This document shows positions 16,955 through 22,633 of a DNA stretch of 22,633 nt, piece after piece. Every line of letters begins with the position of its first letter. Position 1 is the first letter of the stretch. Source of the stretch: Candidatus Hermodarchaeota archaeon (GTDB lineage: Archaea; Asgardarchaeota; Lokiarchaeia; Sigyniarchaeales; SOKP01); assembly GCA_048885535.1 (NCBI GenBank), contig JBHLLO010000046.1, positions 1 through 22,633 on the forward strand. The letters run 5' to 3'. Made by a program: the position numbers and the translations under genes. The notes under the pieces are model-generated. The model did no database searches and was not told where the DNA came from. It saw only the letters and a list, made by a program, of their open reading frames with translations.

Positions 16955-17977
16955 TTATTTTAACCTAATTCTAGGATCAAGCGCAGAAATAATAAAATCT
17001 GCTATAAGATTTATAATAATCACCGATATCGAATATACAAAGATAATTGCGATAATTAGAGGGTAATCTGTATATTGAACAGCATCTCTAAATAAAAAAC
17101 CTAATCCTGGGAAATTATAAATTATCTCTACCCCAATCATCCCTCCCAAGACAATGGGAAATCCCATTGCTGAAACCGTAACAACAGGCGGTAACGCGTT
17201 TTTTACAGCGTGCTTTTTAACTATTTGCTTTCTTGGACATCCTTTTGCTTCCGCAGTTCTAATATAATCCATTTGAAGTACCTCTAAGACATTAGATCTT
17301 GTATGTCTAATAATTGCCACCATCTGAACGATCACCATAGCAGAGACTGGAACTATTAGGTGCCAGATATAATCTACAAGAAGATAAATTTGTTTCGACA
17401 AGATACAATCTAGTATGCGAGAACCAGTTATTAAGGGTGGTTCTGGGTATCTAGGATTTTTAATTCCAAACATTGGGAAAATCTTGATAGGGGTAAATAT
17501 ATACATCTGCATAAAAAATATTACTACAACAAAACCAGGAATGGAAATAAAGAAATACGTAAAGATCCTTATTATTTTATCTCTCTTAGAATTTTTATGG
17601 GAAGCTGATATCTTTCCTAATCTAATTCCTAAAAAAATCGCAATTAACATGCTTATTATTGTAACTTCCAGAGTCCTTGGTAGATGTGAATTGATCAGCT
17701 CTGAAATAGGATAATCTATTATTGTTGAAATAGAAACGCCCCAATTCCCTGTCAATAGATCTCCCATATAAATAAAGAATTGAACGATAATAGGCTGATC
17801 CAATCCTAATCTTTCCCTTTCTGCTAAGTAATCTTCATATGATGCTTTAGAGGGGAGTCGTCTCCATGCAGGATCTCCTGGAATCATTCGGGATAAGAAA
17901 AAAGTAATAACGATTATTCCAAAAATCGTGATTAATGATACTAATGTCCTTTTAATCACATATTTTAAATATCCCAT
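16955..17977 (-). CDS. dppB: Peptide/nickel ABC transporter permease, DppB/OppB-type (copy 2)
   Basis: Same length (340 aa) and motifs as 15810..16832; a colinear paralog offset by 1145 nt. Confidence 0.92.
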   Translation of the reverse strand: MGYLKYVIKRTLVSLITIFGIIVITFFLSRMIPGDPAWRRLPSKASYEDYLAERERLGLDQPIIVQFFIYMGDLLTGNWGVSISTIIDYPISELINSHLPRTLEVTIISMLIAIFLGIRLGKISASHKNSKRDKIIRIFTYFFISIPGFVVVIFFMQMYIFTPIKIFPMFGIKNPRYPEPPLITGSRILDCILSKQIYLLVDYIWHLIVPVSAMVIVQMVAIIRHTRSNVLEVLQMDYIRTAEAKGCPRKQIVKKHAVKNALPPVVTVSAMGFPIVLGGMIGVEIIYNFPGLGFLFRDAVQYTDYPLIIAIIFVYSISVIIINLIADFIISALDPRIRLK

Positions 17978-18045
17978 ATCGAATCAGATTTTTTACTTAT
18001 TAGTCAATTTATTGTATATCATGGGAAACATATAAATTTATCAGC

Positions 18046-18075
18046 AACTAGGCATTATTATATTGAAACCTAGTT
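18046..18075. promoter_or_regulatory. Inverted repeat AACTAGG-N16-CCTAGTT between divergent TATA-like boxes of dppB and dppC
   Basis: Arms at 18046-18052 and 18069-18075, flanked by TATAAATTTA (18031-18040) and TTTAAATATATAAA (18074-18087). Confidence 0.5.
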
Positions 18076-18169
18076 TAAATATATAAATTTCCATTCATAT
18101 TTATCTAAATGAAAATGTAGATTATTTTAACTCAAACCAACATTCAATATATAACTTTATCATAGTTCA

Positions 18170-19165
18170 ATGATAGTATTAGAAGAAAAACGCGAAAGGA
18201 AATTAGAAAAGGCTTCAAATGGCAAATTTATTAAAGAACTTTTTAGTGTTCTTAAAAACATAAGATTTCTCTTTTTTTTAGCTACAATCCCTCGAAAGGT
18301 TGAAGATCTTCGATTGCTCTCTGAAAAAGATCGATCAATCAGAAAATTCATGAGAAAATCAAAATCTTTCATATTCATCATTGGTATAATTCTAGTTTTC
18401 TGTGTTGTTAATATGGCCGTTTTTCAATTTTGGTTATCCTCCTATGAAAAAGCAACCATAACAGGCCTTGGGTCTTATAGTCCTCCCTCCCCTAAACACC
18501 CTTTAGGAACGACATGGGGCGGTCTTGATGTTTTAGCACGACTAATCTTTGGTGCTCGATATACCTTAATTATTGTTTTAAGCTCTACACTCATTAGTGT
18601 TCTTGCTGGTACTATTATCGGGTTAATATCTGCTTATTATGGAGGATGGCTTGATATGATTGTAATGAGAATTATGGATATCATATTATCGTTCCCTGGG
18701 GTTGTATTTGCTATGCTTTTTCTGCTAATTTGGGGACGCTCTATTGAATATATTATAATTGCTTTCGGTATTATTGGAATCCCTCATTTTTCAAGAGTTA
18801 TAAGAACTTTTACTCTGAAGCAAAAGGAATTACCTTATATTCAAGCAGCGAAAGTAGTTGGAGCAAAAAATAGACGAATTATGTTTCGACATATTTTACC
18901 AAATTGTTACCAACCAATTTTAGTTTCAGCAAGCTTTAATGTTGGAAAAGTTTTACTAGGTTATACAGTACTGGCTTTCTTAGGAATTAGTCGTCTAAAT
19001 TGGATCGATTGGGGAGGAGATGTTATATATACCATTAATATCTTATATAGAGCACCTTGGGCTAGCTTTTGGCCAATGATTATGATTGTAGTTACAATTA
19101 TGGGGTTCTTATTTATTGGTGATGGTCTAAGAGACGCTTTTGCTTTGAAACCTGAACAACTATAA
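18170..19165 (+). CDS. dppC: Peptide/nickel ABC transporter permease, DppC/OppC-type
   Basis: PPSPKHPLGT, DVLARLIFGARYTL, GGWLD, SFPG, EAA loop YIQAAKVVGA, RHILPN, DWG, GDGLRDA. Confidence 0.92.
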   Translation: MIVLEEKRERKLEKASNGKFIKELFSVLKNIRFLFFLATIPRKVEDLRLLSEKDRSIRKFMRKSKSFIFIIGIILVFCVVNMAVFQFWLSSYEKATITGLGSYSPPSPKHPLGTTWGGLDVLARLIFGARYTLIIVLSSTLISVLAGTIIGLISAYYGGWLDMIVMRIMDIILSFPGVVFAMLFLLIWGRSIEYIIIAFGIIGIPHFSRVIRTFTLKQKELPYIQAAKVVGAKNRRIMFRHILPNCYQPILVSASFNVGKVLLGYTVLAFLGISRLNWIDWGGDVIYTINILYRAPWASFWPMIMIVVTIMGFLFIGDGLRDAFALKPEQL

Positions 19166-19220
19166 AATTCTATTTTAGATTTTGTTCTTTTAAATCTTAT
19201 TTAAAACATTGATCGATATA

Positions 19221-19259
19221 TTTATAAAGGAATTTTGATTAGTACTATATAGTACAATC
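19221..19259 (+). promoter_or_regulatory. TATA box (TTTATAAA, 19221-19228) followed by the perfect palindrome GTACTATATAGTAC (19242-19255); candidate MarR operator
   Basis: 14-bp perfect palindrome, extendable by GATT/AATC with one bulge, overlapping the expected transcription start of the PPOX-marR unit. Confidence 0.65.
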
Positions 19260-19288
19260 CCATATAAAATCAATTGAAAGTGAACTTT

Positions 19289-19750
19289 ATGAATATTGAA
19301 AAAGTTAAAAAAGAATGTGTAGAACTAATAGAACAATCAAAAGCAGCATATCTTACAACTATTGATGATGAAGGAAAACCCATTACGAGAGCGATGTTTA
19401 ATTTAAGGAACAAGAAACAATTTCCAGAGTTCTCCAACATATTTGAGAGCCAAAAGGATCAATTTCAAATTTATATATCAACTAATACTTCCTCATCTAA
19501 AGTGTCTCATATTAAAGAGAATCCGGCAATAAACGTATATTTTTGCGATCCTGATGACTTTAAAGGGGTAATGCTAGGAGGAAATGCTGAAGTAATAGAG
19601 GATAAGAACATTAAAAAGAAAATTTGGCTTGACTGGTGGACTAGGTACTACCCACAAGGTCTTAATGATCCAGAATATACATTATTAAGTTTAAATCCTA
19701 ATACTCTAAGATATTATTATAAGTTGAACCAAATAAAGCTAGATTTGTGA
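19289..19750 (+). CDS. Pyridoxamine 5'-phosphate oxidase-like / general stress protein 26-type FMN-binding protein
   Basis: LTTIDDEGKPITRAM, STNTSSSKV, FKGVMLGG, YYPQGLNDPEY. ATG 19289 preferred over TTG 19274. Confidence 0.85.
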   Translation: MNIEKVKKECVELIEQSKAAYLTTIDDEGKPITRAMFNLRNKKQFPEFSNIFESQKDQFQIYISTNTSSSKVSHIKENPAINVYFCDPDDFKGVMLGGNAEVIEDKNIKKKIWLDWWTRYYPQGLNDPEYTLLSLNPNTLRYYYKLNQIKLDL

Positions 19751-19756
19751 GTTCCC

Positions 19757-20206
19757 ATGGAATCTCAAAAAAAAGGAGGCTTCTTAATTGCGAAAATACA
19801 CCAACTATCTCAAAGAATATTTTCAAAAATCCTTAAGAAAGCAAAACTTACTGAACTAAATCCCGCTCAAGGAAGAATCATGTTTGTTTTATGGAGAGGA
19901 GATAACATATCTATCCATGAACTTTCAAAAAGGACTCTTCTGAGTAAATCAACTTTAACATCAATGTTAGATCGCCTTGAACAATCGGGATTTATAAAAA
20001 GACTACCTTCAAAAACAGATAGAAGGGAAATCTTAATTCAATTAACAGATAAAGATAAGAACTTCCAGTCCAAGTATATAGATGTTTCAAAAGATATGAC
20101 CAATATTTACTATAATAACTTTGATGAGCAAGAAATTAATGAATTTGAAAAATATTTAGAACGAATTTTGAACAACCTTATGGAATTTAACAAGAAAAAG
20201 AAATAA
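19757..20206 (+). CDS. MarR-family transcriptional regulator
   Basis: LNPAQGRIMFVLW, LSKSTLTSMLDRLEQSGFIKR, DRREILIQLT (winged helix, DxR wing motif). Confidence 0.93.
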   Translation: MESQKKGGFLIAKIHQLSQRIFSKILKKAKLTELNPAQGRIMFVLWRGDNISIHELSKRTLLSKSTLTSMLDRLEQSGFIKRLPSKTDRREILIQLTDKDKNFQSKYIDVSKDMTNIYYNNFDEQEINEFEKYLERILNNLMEFNKKKK

Positions 20207-20270
20207 TGTTGCATTCCTAATAACTTTATTTTTTATCTACTATATTTTATTTAAACGTACTGAATTAAAA

Positions 20271-20735
20271 ATGCTTAGAATAATCGAAGCAAATACTAAA
20301 GAACAAATAGAAATCGTTCGCGATATGTTTAAAGAATATGCTGAGTATCTACAGATTGATTTAGATTTTCAAAATTTTAATGAAGAATTAGCAAATTTGC
20401 CCGGAGATTATAGTACTCCTTCTGGTTCCATTTTATTAGCTTATTTTAATAACCATTTAGCTGGATGTATAGCTTTACGTAAGTATAATAAAAGCATTTG
20501 CGAAATTAAAAGACTTTATGTTAAGCAAGATTTCCAAGGTCTTAAAATTGGGCGAAAACTAACTCAAAAAGTTATTGATAAAGCCCGAATAATTGGTTAT
20601 AAGTCCATACGATTAGATACTTTGCCAACAATGAAAAAAGCGATAAAATTATATTTATCATTAGGTTTCAGTGAAATAAAACCATACAGATATAATCCCA
20701 TCGAAGGAGCTAGATATTTTGAATTAAAGTTATGA
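20271..20735 (+). CDS. GNAT-family N-acetyltransferase
   Basis: CEIKRLYV, FQGLKIGRKL (acetyl-CoA motif A), RLDTLPTMKKAIKLYLSLGF, YRYNP. Confidence 0.92.
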   Translation: MLRIIEANTKEQIEIVRDMFKEYAEYLQIDLDFQNFNEELANLPGDYSTPSGSILLAYFNNHLAGCIALRKYNKSICEIKRLYVKQDFQGLKIGRKLTQKVIDKARIIGYKSIRLDTLPTMKKAIKLYLSLGFSEIKPYRYNPIEGARYFELKL

Positions 20736-20797
20736 TTTCCTAAGTTCTTATCAGAATTTAAAAAGGTATAAATAAAAATAGAAATAAAATTAATATT

Positions 20798-21619
20798 ATG
20801 CCATTTGCAGAAGTTAATGGAATAAAATTATATTATGAAATCCAAGGAGAGGGTTATCCTCTATTTTTGCTTCATGGGTATGGTGCTACTCACGAAATAT
20901 GGATTGGTCAATTTGGTCCACTTTCAAAGCATTTTAAGGTCATAGCTTATGATTCACGTTGTTCTGGGAAGTCAGACCATCCAAGAGAATCTTTTACATT
21001 AGATACTTTGGTAGAGGATCTAAAAGGAATGATGGACTTTTTAAAAATTGAAAAAGCTAATATCATAGGACAGTCAATGGGTGGATGGGTGACTCAAAAT
21101 TTTGCCCTTAAATATCCAGAGCGAATTAATAAAATTGGGCTTCTTGGAACAAATCATAAAGGTGATGGAATCCATATTTTTAAAAACTCGCTTATAGACC
21201 TTTACGAATTATCAAAAACTGATAAGGAGAAAGCATATTGGAAATATACTAAATTCACACACCATAGAAGCATTATCAAGGAAATGCAAGCTGATCCTAA
21301 GAAAAAGTTTCATGGATTATGGTCAGCAGAGGATTTGATGAGAGAACTGATAGAGAATCAGATGGAACCGCAAGACTATGAAAACCTTGCTAATGCTGTA
21401 GAAACACATAGTGTTTTAGATAAACTAAATGAAATCAAACATCCAATCTTAATGATATGTGCAACTAATGACAAATTATCTCCTAAATTGGTTATGGATG
21501 AAATGCATGAAAAGTTCCCAAATAGTACTTTGGAGATAATTGATAATACTGCTCACCACGTGTTTTTGGAGGAGGCTACAAAAGTAAACAAACTTCTCAT
21601 TGATTTCTTTAAAGAATAA
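20798..21619 (+). CDS. Alpha/beta-fold hydrolase (enol-lactonase/esterase-like)
   Basis: LLHGYG oxyanion loop, GQSMGG nucleophile elbow, ATNDKL (Asp), TAHH (His). Confidence 0.92.
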   Translation: MPFAEVNGIKLYYEIQGEGYPLFLLHGYGATHEIWIGQFGPLSKHFKVIAYDSRCSGKSDHPRESFTLDTLVEDLKGMMDFLKIEKANIIGQSMGGWVTQNFALKYPERINKIGLLGTNHKGDGIHIFKNSLIDLYELSKTDKEKAYWKYTKFTHHRSIIKEMQADPKKKFHGLWSAEDLMRELIENQMEPQDYENLANAVETHSVLDKLNEIKHPILMICATNDKLSPKLVMDEMHEKFPNSTLEIIDNTAHHVFLEEATKVNKLLIDFFKE

Positions 21620-21652
21620 CTACTTAATTAATCATTTTTTAAGAGGATTAAA

Positions 21653-22102
21653 TTGAATATCTATTATATTTTAGATTTTAGTGAATTTATTATAATTAAT
21701 ATATTCAATCTTTCAGTCTTTTCACTCTTTTTGTCACGTGTAAAAAAACCTGAAATATCTAAAAAAATTGGGACTTTTTCGTTAGTGCTTGGAATTCCTG
21801 TATTGGTAATAGCTATATTTAATTTAGTTTTATTAAGAGAATGGTGGTATTGGGTTTTTCCTCTATTATTAGTAGGATTTATTTTATTTACTTTGATCGT
21901 TGATTACATAAAAAAAATTGAATTTAGAAAACCACGAAAGAAGTCAATCCTTATACCATTCCTTATATTATTTTATGTAAGTATAATTTTAAACTGGGGT
22001 TTGACTTGGATATTGGGAGTCGTTTATGGTGTAATTACTGGAATTAGCTATTTCTTGCAATTATTTGGAGCTTTTTACGCAGGTAAACATGGTGTGGGAT
22101 GA
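21653..22102 (+). CDS. Uncharacterised membrane protein (about 5 TM)
   Basis: TTG start with GAGGA SD upstream; hydrophobic segments around a VDYIKKIEFRKPR loop. Confidence 0.75.
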   Translation: MNIYYILDFSEFIIINIFNLSVFSLFLSRVKKPEISKKIGTFSLVLGIPVLVIAIFNLVLLREWWYWVFPLLLVGFILFTLIVDYIKKIEFRKPRKKSILIPFLILFYVSIILNWGLTWILGVVYGVITGISYFLQLFGAFYAGKHGVG

Positions 22103-22107
22103 TAAAT

Positions 22108-22633
22108 ATGGTAAAGTGTTACTTTTTAGGAAATGCATGTGTGGAAATCATTGGTCATAATGATCATCTGCTTATTGATCCTGTGTTTTTAAGCGAGCCA
22201 CAGAAAGGAATTGAGAAGATTTTTATTACACACCATCATCCAGATCACGTTGAAATGAGTAAACTAAATGAAATTGATGCTAATTATTCTGCTAAAAATA
22301 GAGAGCTAGAAATTTATGGTCCAGAGTGCTTATATGAACAATTGAATATTGAATTTATTCTTATTATTCCAGAATCAAAAGTTGAGTTGAATCATGGCTA
22401 TATTAGTGTATATGATAATAATTGTTGGAAAGCGGAGGATTGTGTAGCCTATATAATCTCAGTTGACAACAAGATTATCCTCCATACTGCAGATTCCGCT
22501 CAATATTCATCTTCTTTAAGAGCCTTTAGAAATCAGATAGATTTATGCTTTATTGCTTGTTTTGAAGAGAATTTTGAGGACTATTTGAAATTTATTAAAG
22601 AGGTGTCTCCTAAAAAGGTGATTCCATATCATT
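22108..22633 (+). CDS. Metallo-beta-lactamase-fold hydrolase (UlaG/UPF0173-like), runs off the window end
   Basis: Not in the ORF track. Manual translation gives MVKCYFLGNACVEII...LLIDP...FITHHHPDH (HxHxDH)...LHTADS...PKKVIPYH. Confidence 0.88.
   Translation, partial: MVKCYFLGNACVEIIGHNDHLLIDPVFLSEPQKGIEKIFITHHHPDHVEMSKLNEIDANYSAKNRELEIYGPECLYEQLNIEFILIIPESKVELNHGYISVYDNNCWKAEDCVAYIISVDNKIILHTADSAQYSSSLRAFRNQIDLCFIACFEENFEDYLKFIKEVSPKKVIPYH

Noticed and set aside
15330-18381. ORFs 15330..15530 (-), 17415..17714 (+) and 18160..18381 (-)
   Set aside because: Alternative-frame or antisense ORFs overlapping well-supported genes.
1-22633. Selenocysteine/pyrrolysine recoding
   Set aside because: Genes ending in TGA or TAG are full length for their families, and no motif-bearing ORF appears interrupted by an in-frame stop.
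1-22633. CRISPR array, tRNA/rRNA, transposase or integrase
   Set aside because: No regularly spaced repeats, GC-rich structured RNA segments or recombinase motifs were seen by eye; a covariance-model scan was not possible.

Overview
AT-rich, gene-dense window with about 29 CDS and no recognisable RNA genes, CRISPR array or mobile element. TATA-like promoters, GGTG(A)-type Shine-Dalgarno (SD) sites, a geranylgeranyl reductase-like gene and the coiled-coil/Zn-ribbon and orphan membrane proteins suggest an archaeon, most plausibly Asgard Lokiarchaeia (inference, not verified). Content is mostly stress, redox and accessory functions: ferritin, cold-shock protein, two split-barrel flavin/F420-binding proteins, Fe-S nitroreductase, QueG/RdhA-like Fe-S protein, SDR, SET-domain methyltransferase, sulfotransferase, RNase J-like beta-CASP nuclease, APH-like kinase, two tandem DppB plus a divergent DppC, and a MarR-GNAT-hydrolase cluster. 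The most notable observations are: (i) ferritin is flanked on both sides by perfect 11-bp inverted repeats, and the upstream one pairs with its SD; (ii) two coiled-coil proteins share an unnamed C-terminal Zn-ribbon module (CPxCG..IxExDDKxRL..P..IYAKKxxCxxCxxE); (iii) a near-identical patch suggesting gene conversion between the dppB paralogs; (iv) an SDR whose Rossmann motif requires an ATA start; (v) several candidate operator palindromes and a small ORF missing from the ORF track.
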